Assembly: GCA_951406725.2 (NCBI GenBank)
Contig: OX597817.1
Span: forward strand, 46,934,001-46,998,000
Source: Octopus vulgaris
Taxonomy: Eukaryota
Length of the DNA: 64,000 nt
Direction of reading: 5' to 3'
Below the pieces are notes generated by a model. The model was given only the letters and a program-made list of their open reading frames with translations, was not told the origin of the DNA and made no database searches. The number at the start of each line of letters is the position of its first letter. Within the stretch, counting starts at the first letter, position 1. Of the stretch, positions 40,216 through 55,980 are shown piece by piece. A program made the translations under genes and the position numbers.

Positions 40216-40858
40216 AATATATATATATATATATACACACACATACATACATACATACATACATACATACATACATACATACATACATACATACATACAT
40301 ACATACATACATACATACATACATACATGCATGTTTACATACATGCATCTGTGTGCGTGCGCGTATGTTTCCCGAGTGTGAAAACCTTCACGATATCTGT
40401 TAGGTGTATGATGATGAGAGCTTACGTTTGATATGCTTGTTGTCTGAGAATGTCATATGTCTTAAGACGCGTTATCCCAAGTTGTCCTTTATGTCAAAGA
40501 ATTATTGGTGTCTGGTTTATGATGGTTTCGTTCGTATTATACCAAACGTTGATATTGCCTTATCATCCTTCACTAGATTCTAATTATAGCTAGAACAGTA
40601 CGTATTTAAAAGTTTCTAGCTTAGGGAGGTTTATTGAAGTTTCCCTGTTCTTATTATCCAGCAATCCAGAATTCAAATATACAAATAAAGGCTATGATAT
40701 CAAGCCAGTCAAAACAATACAAATGAGGCTACAATGATCAAATCTAAATGACTAAGATAACGAATTATTAAAACGATTATAATTTTCCACAAAATTAATT
40801 TAACTCCAGATTACATTACATATATGCATACAAATACATATACATATATATATGTATG

Positions 40859-40894
<36 letters not shown>

Positions 40895-40905
40895 CTTATA
40901 TGTGC

Positions 40906-40953
<48 letters not shown>

Positions 40954-41109
40954 GCATATACATAAAGACATACATATATATATGTGTGTGTGTGTATGTA
41001 TAGATAGATGGATGGATGGATGGATGGATGGGTGGATAGATAGATAGATATACACGTGGATATATATGTGCATGCATATATATATATATATAAATATGTG
41101 TGTGCGTGT

Positions 41110-41330
<221 letters not shown>

Positions 41331-41616
41331 CATGATACAGGCGCGAAAGATGGAGTTAATAGTCGGGAAAATTATAACGCTTCGAAATATAAGTTTAATA
41401 ATCCGATAATTTTAAATTATTAACTGTAATGTGTCGGAATTAATATTTGGTAATCGATATTTAACCATCAATGTTGTCTAATCAATATTTCGTAATCAAT
41501 GCGGTTATATTCTAATCATAGATCAATTGGTTTTATTAATTAGAAGCTATTAGTTAATTGAAAGATACGGACAAACTAATAAATCTCATACATATGAATA
41601 TGCATATATATATATA

Positions 41617-41681
<65 letters not shown>

Positions 41682-41817
41682 TGCATTTATATTTATATGT
41701 ACTTGTGTGTGTGTGATTCTGTACGTATATATGTATATGCCTATGTATAAGTATATATGTACGCATACATATATGTATGTATATATATATGTGTATATAT
41801 ATATATGTGTGTGTGTG

Positions 41818-41848
<31 letters not shown>

Positions 41849-41865
41849 ATGTATATATATATATA

Positions 41866-41911
<46 letters not shown>

Positions 41912-42619
41912 TATATATATTATATATATCATATATATATATATTATATATATATATATATATATGTATATATAAGTGTGTGTTTTTGTATGTATAATGT
42001 AATGTAGGACACATCTATAGATTTATTAGCTGATATTCAGTGTTAGAACGATGGTAAACAATGCGTCAAGACAATGTGTTCATGAACACAAGGTGGGGGA
42101 AGGTCTTTACGTACATTTCATCTCTTGTAGTGTTTGTCTGTAGTTGTGTACCTCATCTCATTAAGTACAAACACCATACATATAACTCCGCTAAAACCAG
42201 GGGTTAAAACAAACTTGATGGCCAAATCCACGCGTTCGAAACATTATCTAGGCTGCTAGCGTCATCCGTTTACGAATAGTGCACTAATCAGAGTTCATTC
42301 TCTGCTGTAACTGTTGTCTGGCGCAAGATCAACCATTTTTCGCTACAAACGGGAGTCGCCGCCATTTTTGCGACATTCGTAAACAAATGTATTTTCTTTG
42401 CCCTTGTGAACAGAAGAAAATTGATTTATGTGACACATTTCAAGTTTTATTCGATGCTTTGAGACTTGAAACAAGACTTGATCTTCCCACGCAGTGGGAT
42501 AAGGCCAGTAACTATATATAATATAGCCAGTAGGTATATATAATATATTATATATATATATATTGGGTTTTCAAATAAATTCGTTCGTTTCTTTTCAAGG
42601 TTGTATGATTAGATTCGTT

Positions 42620-42835
42620 TACTCTGTTATTTGTTTCAGTCATTTCACTGCGGCCACGCTGGAGCACCGCCTTGAATGTCTTTTTTTCGAACAACTCCAC
42701 CCGCAGGATATAATTTTAAGCGTAGTACTTATCGTATCGGCATGTTTTGCCGGACCGATAGTATACGGGGACATAAACACACTGACACCGGTTGTCGAGC
42801 GATGGTCGTGGAACAAACACCGACACAAAGTTACA
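42620..42835 (-). mobile_element. SINE family A, 3' half, diverged
   Basis: Tail tgtttcagtcatttcactgcggccacgctggagcaccgcc. Confidence 0.75.
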
Positions 42836-42853
42836 CATACATACATACATACA

Positions 42854-42925
<72 letters not shown>

Positions 42926-43088
42926 ACTTATAACTCTGTGAAAGTTTCAAGATCGAATCACATGTGTCTCGAGATGTGCTGAAGATTTTCTATTCTGGAT
43001 ATATTTGGGGTACTTAGGTCTGCTCAGGACTTAGTGCTTGCTTTTTCCATGGGTATGAGTATTTCATTTATGTCTTATGTATTTATCG

Positions 43089-43137
43089 CTGACGAGGGGA
43101 AAATTCTTATGAATTAACCCCAAAATTGGGACCAATA
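43089..43137 (+). ncRNA. HHR-like relic
   Basis: CTGACGA GGGG-g-aAATTC-ttat-GAATT-aa-CCCC AAAA (GAAA mutated); stem III not clear. Confidence 0.4.
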
Positions 43138-43360
43138 CGGTAATAACGGAACTTTTTAGAAATTTCTATCGGCATGTTTCGAGGCGCATAAATTATAATG
43201 GTTATTGACAATTTTGTCTTTTTTTCGGCATATTTGGCATTATAATTTTTCTTTTGCCCTTATTTTATAAGGTGTTTATAAATTTAGCCTTTAAAGGTAT
43301 TTTTTGATATGCTGGCCATTGATAAAAAATTTTTTCGAAAAAAATTTTATCCTACATTAG

Positions 43361-43411
<51 letters not shown>

Positions 43412-43412
43412 G

Positions 43413-43640
43413 AAGGCCGGTTTATGGGTGGGATTGCCTGAGGTTTCCCGTCCATAAAGGGTTTAGCTTTATGGCATATCGTCAGATCCCAAAAGCCTGT
43501 TGGCCCATGACCTTTTAAAAATACAGATCCAAGCGATCGTTGGATGACATGGGCCAACAGGTTTTTGGGAGCTGACGATACGCCATAAAGCTAAAACCTT
43601 TATGGACGGGAAACCTCAGGTAATCCCACAAACCGGCCTT
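43413..43640. repeat. Fold-back element: ~95-bp inverted arms, 38-nt spacer
   Basis: Arms 43413-43509 and 43548-43640; follows (TA)n. Confidence 0.9.
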
Positions 43641-43995
43641 TAATATATACATGTATGCATGCATGCATGTAAGTATGTATGTACAATTTTATAAATATAT
43701 GTATGTATGTACAGTCTCATAAATATATATATTCAAAAGAATATATGTGTGCGTTTATGACTTTGTATATATAGATATATACATCCATACATTCATGTAT
43801 GTATGTGTGTACAATCTCATAAATATGTATGTATGAATGCACAGACTCATAAATATATATAAAAAAGAGTATATGTGTGTTTATGACTGTATATATAAAT
43901 ATATACATGCATGCATGCCGCTTTTGTAACACATTTTTAATGAAAAATCAGGATGAAAATAAAGGAGAAAAAAAGCGTGTGTGTGCTCACACTAG

Positions 43996-44124
<129 letters not shown>

Positions 44125-45044
44125 TGTAATTGTAGGCATATCAAACAGTCGTCTTGTTAGACAATTTCTGATAAGACACAAATGAGATTTGAAATCAGCC
44201 GCGTAAATATATTTTTTCTGTCCACAGGCGGAAAGAAACTGGCTTTTGTTTACAATTGTGACGAACAGCCACAGCACTGGTGTGACGATGCTAAAGAAAA
44301 AACAAAACAAAATGGTTTACTTTGCACCACGCTATAGATTCCATAGCGTTACGGTCTTTAGTTCCCGCCTCTTGCGTTCTACTTCATAACGCCAGTATTT
44401 GGTTTCAAGCACACACACACACACACACATACACACACACACACACACATACACACGCCACACAAGATACACACACACCACATACAAACACATTTATATA
44501 CATGTATTTATATATCTATATATATATATATATGTTAGTATATGTGCATAATTATATACACCTGTATTTGTATATATGTGTATGTATATAGATACATACG
44601 TATATATATATATAAATGTATATATATGTATGTGTGTGTATCTGTGTATATATGTACATGTATATGCATTTATGTATATATTCATACTTATACATGCCTA
44701 TAAATGAATGCATATACATAAATACACATATATATGCGTACATTTATACATATACGTTACTCATACATATACATATGTGTATTTATAAATATATATACAC
44801 ATATATATATGCACACACACACACATATATCCACATATATGTATATTTATAAATTTGTAAACAAACCCGATAAATATAAATATATATATATAGACAGAGA
44901 GAGACCTATGTATATGTGTACGTAATGTATATGTATAAATATTCGCATATATATGTGTTCATGTATATGTGTACATTTATATACATTTATACGTATGAAT
45001 ACATACATATATATATATACATACGTATATATATATATACATAC

Positions 45045-45095
<51 letters not shown>

Positions 45096-45386
45096 CATAC
45101 ATATACATGTATATACATGTGCATATATACATATACACTGCACTTTGATAGTGAGATACAGGAAGACAGGCAGCAAACAGAGACAGAGAGAAATATGCAA
45201 ATATCACACGCACACACACATACACACACATGTATACATGCACACACATACACACACACACATACATACATATATACGACATATATCTAGATTTATAGAT
45301 GTGTGTGTGTATACATATATATATGTATATCTACCTATACACATAGGCGCGTGAGTGTGTGTGAGAGAGAGAGTGTGTGTGTGCGT

Positions 45387-45420
<34 letters not shown>

Positions 45421-45657
45421 CTTTCATCTCCCTTGGTGTCGATAAAATCAATGTCAGTAATATTTTAGTATCGATTCGATCGATACTGTGTTACACCTTT
45501 TTCAACATTATGGCCATATGCCAGCATGAGAAATCATTACCATTTCATTTCAACTAAACACGTAGAAATAAATCAGATAGGATAAATCTATCTTCGTAAA
45601 ACACAGATTTGAAATCTCCCGCAGTTTACTGTTCTGTTTGCAATGGTTGTGATGATT

Positions 45658-45757
45658 NNNNNNNNNNNNNNNNNNNNNNNNNNNNNNNNNNNNNNNNNNN
45701 NNNNNNNNNNNNNNNNNNNNNNNNNNNNNNNNNNNNNNNNNNNNNNNNNNNNNNNNN
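45658..45757. other. Assembly gap (100 N)
   Basis: N run. Confidence 1.
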
Positions 45758-45831
45758 AATATAGTGAGGAAGGCAAGATGGAATAACCTAAATACCGATA
45801 CATAGCGAAAATACATGCATTGATATATATA

Positions 45832-45901
<70 letters not shown>

Positions 45902-45931
45902 TATAGATATATATGTATATATATATATGTG

Positions 45932-46010
<79 letters not shown>

Positions 46011-47429
46011 ATGTGTGTGTGTATATATGCTTGTGTGAATATGAGAGTGTGTTGTGTGTGTTTGTGTGTAAAGATTTTTCAAGTGAAAATTGTACTTTAT
46101 GACCAAGTTTCAAAGGTTAATTAAGTTCAATATGGCGATGAGTGATCGTTAATCGATTAAACGATGGTTAAAATGTTAGCATCAAGAATCGCATATGCCG
46201 TTTGCTATTTCAAGACATTTCTGAAAAACCATGTTGAAGCCAGAGCGAAAATGCGTCTTTGTCTACGTCTACATGTGTGTACACATGTGTATGTATGTGT
46301 GTCTATGTGTGTGTGATCATATTTTTGCGGATGTGTGTGTGTATGCGTTATATATGATGAGCATGTAGAACGGTGTGTATGGTGGTATATGCACAGGAGA
46401 CAAAGATAACATTTCGTTTCATATGTTACTTGATGTCTGCAAGATTATGTATAAATATATCGAATAATTTTTTTATAGCTTTTTCCCCTCTCTTTCTCTT
46501 CCACTTATGTTTGTGTGTGAGAGTATTTGTGCATTTATCTGTATGTGTATGCGTGTATATATATATATATATATATATATGTGTCTATATATTGATATAG
46601 ACATAGATACATATTCACATGTGTATGTATATAAGTGTATGTGTATATATGTATTGATATATATGAATATATTTGTGTGTGAGTTTATTTGTGTGTGTGA
46701 GTATATAAAGTTATATAGTATAACTAAATAATAAATAATTCAAGATGTGTGTGTGTATCTGTACATGTATGTGTGTACATGTATAAATGTGTATATGAAT
46801 CAATGCATGCATGTATGTATCTATGTATGTATCTATCTATCGATCTATTTGTTTACCTCTCAGTCTGTCTGTCTGTCTACTTGTGTACATCTCAGCAGTG
46901 AAATCCTCAATTTATTACTTACCTGATACGAAACAGTTTTTCTTATCAGGAAAAGCAGGCCTCGAATACGGGATGTAGAGAGTGAAAAGTGGCAAGGGGG
47001 AAAACATTGTTATTTTTTTATTTTAAACTCTAAAATTTTTCCAACGCCATGATAAATGCAAAAGTCTTATACAGATGCATACTTTGTTTTGTCCCCTCAT
47101 CATTAGTAAAGAGGTGTGCGAACAAATTTCTATAATAACTTTTTAAGAGTCTTTTTATTTGTCGGTTTGAGAAGCATTTATGTCTTTACTTATCGTCTTT
47201 ACGATACAATGAAAAATATTCCCCCACCACACACATCTGCCCATATGCTTGTCTCTCCGCGTAGATACCCTTTTATGCATCCAGACATCTGCCTGTCTCT
47301 TCCTCCTTCTTCGCCTCCTCCAACTCCCTGTTGAACTGCATTCTCACTTGGCTCCTAATCCTTTTTCTAATCACCTTTTCTCTCCTTTTTCATTTTTACC
47401 ACCACACATTTTCTCATTGTTTTATTTTT

Positions 47430-47457
47430 CTGATGAAAGATAAACGTCCGAAACGTC
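47430..47457 (+). ncRNA. Minimal HHR-like motif in a probable PLE terminal repeat
   Basis: CTGATGA A AGA-taaacg-TCC GAAA CG TC. Downstream agcgttaaattaataca also occurs at 35640. Confidence 0.55.
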
Positions 47458-48840
47458 AAGATGCTTTTCCATCTTTACAAGCGTTAAATTAATACATTTG
47501 CTAAAACTCGTCCCTCCCGTGTGGTTTTCTTTTCTGCTTATTGCCTGATACTGATGGCTAGATATACAAACACACACACATATAGACACACTCACACATA
47601 CATACATACATACATACATACATACATACATACATACATACATACATACATACATACATACACGCACTCACACATACTCATACATACATAGATTAAAACA
47701 TACATACACACTCATACATACATATACTCATACTCACACACACTCACACATACATACATACATACATACATACACACACACATACATACACACATACATA
47801 CATACATACATACATACATACACACACACATAAATACATACATACATATATGTGTATATATAATACTCCCAGGAGCTCTAAACTGGTTAGTTAGAAATAT
47901 GTTACTAAATATAATTCACTGGTGTAATATAACTATGGTCACCGAAGACGGTGTCTTTGAATTCATACGTCTCATATTATTTTTAATATCCTGTTCTTTG
48001 CTCCAATCAAGAACACAGTTAACTGAAGTTTCTTACCAAGGCGTAAAAACAGTTTCATTTTTCTCTCTTCACTTTCTCTCTTAATATGAAGTCACTGCAA
48101 GTGAGATATACCAACTGCTTCAGCTAAACTCCTATAATTCACAAAGTAATTAGATCTAAATGAAAGAGAGATCTGCAATCGTAGATAATTAGATCAAAAT
48201 GGAGTGGCATTTGATCAATGTTGCTTGCCGTTCCTTTTCTGTAACATAGCTATTAACGCCTTTACAGGCAAACATTGCAGCGGTCCAAAATCCGGTAAAG
48301 AAAGCGAAGATTGGTGATCAAATACAGGAATTAATAAAAATATACGCTGTAGACGTAGAAACAAATCGTGTTAACATGTTATTCACTGTTGCTCTATATA
48401 TTGTGCTTCATGCTAAATAAACAGATAAGAGCCAACATCACATGAGTTAATGTATGCTGTAGGTGTATGTGTATATCTTTATTACTCCGTTTCTGTCTCT
48501 GTTAGTCTTTCTCTCTCTCGCTCTCTCGTTCCCTCTGTCTGTCTACCTTAGTCTCTCTGCATGTGTATGTATAGAGTTAGAGAGGAGGGAAGGAGGGAGA
48601 TAGAGAGATATATTATAAAGAGAGCGACAGAAAGAGCGACAGTGAGAGAGAGAGAGAGAGAGAGTATCACAATGCGATTATTTTACCCTTGGTACACTAT
48701 ATAAGAGCAAAATCATTTGCCAACAAGTGCAGTTCGGAAATTCATGCGGAAACACGAACGCACAAGCACGCTAACACGCACACACCTGCACACACTCATA
48801 CGCACGTACACACAAACATACTTACATATATTCCTACATA

Positions 48841-49580
48841 GGCGTAGGAGTGTCTGTGTGGTAAGTAGCTTGCTTACCAACCACATGGTTCCGGCTTCAG
48901 TCCCACTGCGTGGCACCGTGCGCAAGTGCCTTCTACTATAGTCTCGGACCGATCAAAGCCTTGTGAGTGAATTTGGCAGACGGAAACTGAAAGAAGCCCG
49001 TCGTATATATGCATATGTGTGTGTGTGTGTGTGTGTATGATTGTCGCCCTGACATCGTTAGACAAACGATGCTGGTGTGTCAACGTCCCCGTAACTTAGC
49101 GGTTCGGCAAAAGAGATCGATAGAATAAGTACTAGGCTTACAAAGAATAAGTCCTGGGGTCGATTTGCTCGACTAAAAGGCGGTGCTCCAGCATGGCCAC
49201 AGTCAAATGACTGAAACAATAAAGAGTAAAGAGAGTAAGAGTATATAGGTATACAGTTATATAGATGTATGTATGTATGAGTGGATTTGGCAGACGGAAA
49301 CTGAAAGAAGCCTGTCGTATATATGTATATAAATGTACATATTTGTATGTGTGTGTATATGTTTGTGTGTCTGTGTTTGCCCCCCCCCCAACATCGCTTG
49401 ACAACCGATGCTAGTGTGTTTATGTCCCCGTAACTTAGCGGTTCAGCAAAAGACACCGATAGAATAAGTACTAGGCTTATAAAGAATAAGTCCTGGGGTC
49501 GATTTGACTCGACTAAAGGCGGTGCTCCAACATGGCTGCAGTCAAATGACTGAAACATATAAAAGAGTAAAAGAGAGAGT
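48841..49580 (+). mobile_element. Two tandem SINE A copies (48841-49240; 49278-49580, head-less)
   Basis: Family A sequence twice. Confidence 0.9.
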
Positions 49581-49655
49581 ATATATATATGTAATATATA
49601 TATGTATAGAAATACATACCATGCACATTCATACATATATACATACACACACACA

Positions 49656-49709
<54 letters not shown>

Positions 49710-50082
49710 AATTTATGAGAAATTACAATTAAATAGATGCTTGTGTTATTTGAAACGAATGTTGTACACGTGTTTTTATCGTAATTTCTGCTGTATTTGC
49801 TGTGTATATCATAACTAGTAATACTGCTGTGTAACATAAATTGCTTAACCACTATGCTAGATGTAAGCTGGATGATGGTAATCTATGTAGGAAAGCGTAG
49901 TACGTGATTTGAGGGAGATGTAGCTGCTATTTTTAGCAGATCGGAGGCTCCTTTCGATACTTTCTTCTAGTGCTCGTAGCGTCGTTTACAAACTAATTGA
50001 AACTGGTGACGAAGATAAATATAGCCATGATTTATGAGTTTTGTGGTGGGGGGAATGCTAATTATATTGTTGGCCGTATGGG

Positions 50083-50146
<64 letters not shown>

Positions 50147-50348
50147 GTAAAGGGGGATGGGAGGGGTAGAAAGAAGGGGAAGTTAGAAGAGGAGGAATAT
50201 AAGAGGAAGAGCAAGATGAGCAAGATGAGAAGGAGGAAGTGGATGAAGATCATGAGGAAGCAGAGGAGGAGGAAGCTTAGGGGGAGGAAGCAGAGGGGGG
50301 AAGCGGAGGGGGAGGAAGAGGGAGTAGAAGAAGAAGAAGAAGAAGAAG

Positions 50349-50380
<32 letters not shown>

Positions 50381-50505
50381 GAAGAGGAAGTAGAAGAAGA
50401 AGAAGAAGAAGAAGAAGTAGAAGTAGAAGTAGAAGAGGAAGTAGAAGAAGAAGAAGAAGTAGAAGTAGAAGAAGAAGTAGAAGAAGAAGTAGAAGAAGAA
50501 GTAGA
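50083..50505. repeat. (GAT)n plus purine-rich (GAA/GTA)n tract
   Basis: Direct reading. Confidence 0.9.
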
Positions 50506-50519
50506 ATTTAAGATCAGAA

Positions 50520-53500
50520 ATAGAACTACTAAAACTTAGGGCCTCCACAAATGAGGAAAAATATAAAAGCATCGACGAGTAGATGCACAATGAAATACAA
50601 AAACATACCGAGGGACAACCCCTCGAAAATACACTAAATCATTGGAAGGAAACCTGTGAAAAGGAAGGGAGAAATTCTCTCCTGCGCTGGGAAAAAAGCA
50701 ACGATTTCTTCCAAAGATATGCGTCAATTTTCAAAAATGAATTGGGTACAGATAATCCCTTTCTTAAGAAAATTACAAAAAATAAAAAAGAAAAACCGAA
50801 CAACCCACAAACCACCCCCAACTATCCTCCATACACTAGAAACAGAAATCACCCACAACCAACATTTTCGAACCACGCAAGACTTAACAGGGAACAAGCT
50901 GACAGACAACGCGTCTATGAAATAGATTACACCAAAAACAGAACACACCAACAATATCCTAATACCAGACCCAACCACCACATAACAGCACAAAACAACA
51001 TTAGAATACGAAATACACCACACACAAGTCGCTACTACCCCATGAACCAAAATTACTGGTCCCCACCGAACACAAGACAAACGCAAAAAAACACTAAGTC
51101 AAGCAACATCCCACATACAAGCAATTCGAAACAAAAATATTTCACATACAGAAATTTTACACACACCACAAACGAAAACAACCATAGATTCCCACACACA
51201 CACAACAATTGAAGGCAACAATACCACCGTTCCCCCGAACCAATATCACACAACCTCACAAACTCATACAAACAAAATTACACCCAACATTTTTTAGCCC
51301 GGGACCAGAGACACCAGGACACAGGCTGGAACCTAGTAATAAGGAAAAACCGAAGATAATCAATCTTTCAACCAAACCTCTCTCTAACATAAAAATTGAC
51401 ATCCTCTCAAAAGGGCTCAAATTTACGCCAACTCCACGCAGAGCCAACCTAAATTAAATCAAGGATAATATAACAGAATTTTGCAGAAAATTAAGACTAG
51501 TAGAAGCATCAACCAGTTTCAATACTGAAGATGAATCACTAGTCAAGAACAAAAGTGAACACATCCCCCACAGAGGAAGAAATAAAGATCTTGACGAATT
51601 CTGCAGCCACATTGAGAACTTTCCCTACCATACTATACATAAACAGACAGTTAACTCAAATTTTAACACTACACAATGGAAGGAACTGATAGAACTTCAA
51701 AATGATGAAGATATAACCATTAAGGAAGCAGACAAGGGAAGTGCAGTTGTAAAAATGGATACATCATACTATAGAAATCTTGTAATTTCCTTTGCTTGAT
51801 GACAATCAACATTATGAAAAAATCACCAACTACACCCCGCAAAAAATAATGAAAACTCTATCTTCACTAATTAAAACCCATGAAAAGGAACTAACAACCA
51901 AAGAGATTGACTTTCTAACAAGCTTTAAATGCAAGCCTAGCCTCTTCTATGGTCTGCCAAAAATTCATAAAAGCCAAATTATAAATGAAACCATTAAAAA
52001 ATCACCAAAGACATACATACACACACCTAACCCGGGGGACCTAAAACTACGACCTATTGTAGCTGGCCCAACCTGTGAAACACACAGATTAAGTCCATTT
52101 ATGGACATTCTCCTGAAACCCTTCCTTAAACATATCGATAGCCATATCAGAGATGACTTGGATATGTTAAACCACCTTCCAAAAAAAAGCCAAGGAAGAA
52201 ACAATCATGGTTTCATTTGATGTAGTTAATTTATATACCAGTATACCTCATAATTATGGACTAGAGGCAATACAGTTCTGGCTGGACCAATTTCCGGCAG
52301 AAATACCAAAAAGGATCAGTAAAGAATTCATTACTAAATCGGTTGAATTCATCCTACATAATAACCACTTCATGTTTGACAATACATTTTACCGTCAAAA
52401 ATCCGGAATTGCTATGGGTACAAGGGCAGCACCAGTCATTGCGAACCTAACAATGGGCTACCTGGAAATAATTATTTACCAGGAATCTTTATCAACCTTT
52501 GGAAACCCCCTCTCTCAATACATAAAAGAGAATTGGAAACGATTCCTGGGCGATTGTTTTATACTCTGAAATGAAAACACAGATAAACTCCTAAAATTCA
52601 AAAACCTATTGAACAGCATCAACCCAAATATACAGTTCACAATGGAATACAACCAAAAGGAGCTCCCATTCTTAGATATACTAATTTAAAAAATTAACCT
52701 TAAAATAGAAACAGACATTTTTTACAAAGCCACAGACGCCAAACAATACCTACTTTTTGATTCATGCCACCCAAGACACACTAAAACAAACATCCCTTTC
52801 AACCTTGCAAGAAGGATATACACAATAGTGACAGAACAAAATACCAGGAACTTTAGACTGCAAGAACTCAAAAACACCCTAATTGACAGACACTACCCAG
52901 CTCAACTCATAGAGGATGGGATCAGACGTGCAACAGAAATCGACATAGAAACTTTGAGAAAAGTTCAACACAACAACACACCTTCCCCGAAAATACTGCC
53001 TTACATATCCACTCAAAAAGATTCTCACAAAGGCAAAATTGCTTTCTGAAATTACGGATGCAAAAGTAAAAGAATGTGGTAGACCAAACTGTGCAACATG
53101 CCCAAACCTTCTAGAAGGGTCAGAATTCCTCTTCAAAGAGGGACAAAAATTCAAGATCAAATCTAATTTTACTTGTGCCTCTGAAAACATAATTTATGCC
53201 ATAAGATGCTCGGGCTGCCACCAAAACTACGTGGGGTCCACGGGACTATCACTCAGACGACAACACTGCATCGACAACAGATTGCATTCCCAGAATACAG
53301 AATGATACCCTTTAGTGAGCATATTGAGAAATGCGCAAAGCAACTACTACCACAATTTTAATCTTTCCATTTTATCAATGTGCTATTGGAACACCAACAC
53401 AAATTAGACTAAACAAGGAAACATTCTTCATTGAAATATATAAGCCCAAACTTAACTACTCGAACATTCTTATACAGAGAAACTCATCCCATTAAATTAA

Positions 53501-53780
53501 AAAAAATAATAAAAAGCCAAGAAGTATGAAGCGATTATCTCCCTTACACTGGAAGAAATGACTTATTACCTCCCCTAACCTGGAACTCTTCTTTACACTT
53601 AACGAAATCATAACACAATGTTTTGAGAAATTTGAAAAGTTAAACACGAAATCGGTAATTTCTTCAAAAACTATGTCACTGTATGAAAAAAATTTATAAC
53701 ATTCTTCTGACATAATGACTCAAATATATATTTTTTAACCTTTTAAAACAAGCCTTCTGTAGTTTTTTCACTTTTTACTA
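50520..53780 (+). mobile_element. Penelope-like retroelement, near full length but disrupted (RT plus C-terminal GIY-YIG)
   Basis: LSKGLKFTPTP, KEADKGSAVV, FYGLPKIHK, LRPIVAG, SFDVVNLYTSIP, GIAMGTRAAPVIANLTMG, WKRFLGDCF (DD decayed), CGRPNCATC, NIIYAIRCSGCHQNYVGST. Several stops and frameshifts. Confidence 0.95.
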
Positions 53781-53786
53781 TTTTCT

Positions 53787-54171
<385 letters not shown>

Positions 54172-54679
54172 CATTCGTCGTGACAAGACGTACTTTTCAT
54201 AGCTCCCGTCAATAACTTTTCACAGCTCTCGTCAGTAACCAAAGAAGCATATTTCAGCTCAAGCCAACAGAAACTCTCCTTGTTTTAAATCTCAAAACTT
54301 TTGAATTCTACAATCCTAATATTCTACTTTTTTACTACCATCGGAGGATTAATTTATACAAATCTATATACAACCTGGAGAAAGAAATATAAACCAAAAC
54401 TAAACCCAAGACTAGTTCTAAAACTAGTCCCGTGAGTACAATTCTTCTTCCTTTTTTCTTGATCTGTATTAAACACACCGCTCATCCTGATTGTACTAAA
54501 TACACAGAGCTCTCCCACACACAAGCCACGCATTTCCGAGTATATCGACACAAACTTTTCAACGGCGTATTCACTATTTTACATCAAGCCATCAATAACT
54601 GGTGTATATATACACGCATACACATACATATATATATTACACAATTCTGTCCCACTGAATATGGCCAATAATATTCAAA

Positions 54680-54965
54680 AACGCCAGTGGGTTGAAAATG
54701 AAATTACTGCAATGATAAATGCTTGGTTCATTCATCACAATGAAGCTAATGTTTACAGTAAAATAGCTGAGGAGTACTACCAGGTTCTCTACTCACGAGA
54801 GACCACGGTAGCTAAGGCTGCAATCGAGGGTGTCAAGATCTTGCCAGTCATGTGTGAACCTGACAGTCTGCCATCTATAGCAGAGCTCACCAAGGCTATT
54901 GACTCCCTAGCAAGTAATAAGGCTCCGGGAAAAGACGGCATCCCCTTAGAGATCATCAAATCTCT
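54680..54965 (+). mobile_element. RTE-clade LINE fragment
   Basis: EYYQVLYSRE...PSIAELTKAIDSLASNKAPGKDGIPLEIIK (pre-RT region). Confidence 0.75.
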
Positions 54966-55836
54966 AACCATAGATATTAGATATTTAACCATAGATATTA
55001 GACACAAATGAAGTAATATTTATAAAATTTCATCTTACAAAGTTAGAAAGACCCCTCCATGGGGACTTAACACCCACAATTTTGTCATTTTATCTGAGCA
55101 AAAACGAATACAGTTGTGCTCTTGGAAGTTGTAGGGTTACCTGAGCATAAAAGTTGGGCATTATTTCTAATTCAATGGTACAACAGTGTAACAGTTTGCT
55201 TTGACATACACTTTCATTGTGATTTCTGCAATGTTCGCGCATAAATTGTTAAGTAAAAATGAGGCATCTTTGTCTCCACTGATTCAGTTGCAAAGTGTTG
55301 AGTAAAGTTATTTGATTGCAGACCTCCTTTCAGTCTTTTTATTATCACTCGGTCACACATAGTCCCCAGATGGTAACATTGATTACAAGGCCTTCCCAGA
55401 TGAGTGACTGGTTATTCAAAGACATTTATAGATTTTAAATTCATTCTGTCCAGTTACGTATCAGTATAGTGGTCATTTGCAAACTCCAGAGGTGACACTT
55501 TAATTTCTCCTAAGCCCTCACATCACAAAGTTGTTAATGTTGATTTCAGTTGGGTCACGCCCTTCCAATTGCTATAGATTCGTAATGCATCTTACGGTTG
55601 TGCCTGTCACCTGGATGGTGAAGAATCCTACATTGGGAGTGGTAACGACTAGGGTAGGGTAACTGACTGCTTATTGTGATCATTCGTCTTTTAGTTTCCA
55701 TGTGACACGATTACAATTTTTTTAGGGTGTGTAAAGAGGGAAATAACCCTCATCTGAAATTTTGATGAAATTCGAAACAGATATTCCAGTTCATTCAGAA
55801 AATATAACAGAAAAGTCTAATTCTTCAATTGAATGT

Positions 55837-55865
55837 AACCGGGCAACGCCGTGTATCTCTGCAAG
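55837..55865 (+). mobile_element. Decayed Helitron 3' terminus
   Basis: aaccgggcaacgccgtgtatctctgCAAG|t resembles the termini at 60032 and 19158; followed by (TA)n. Confidence 0.55.
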
Positions 55866-55907
55866 TATATATATATATATATATAAATATTTGAACTCTC
55901 TTTCACT

Positions 55908-55980
<73 letters not shown>

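Noticed and set aside
42561-42592. Mariner-like TIR tattgggttttcaaataaattcgttcg
   Set aside because: Solitary, with no partner TIR or transposase remnant seen.
47942-47975. CCGAAGA motif
   Set aside because: No paired stem II plus GAAA downstream.
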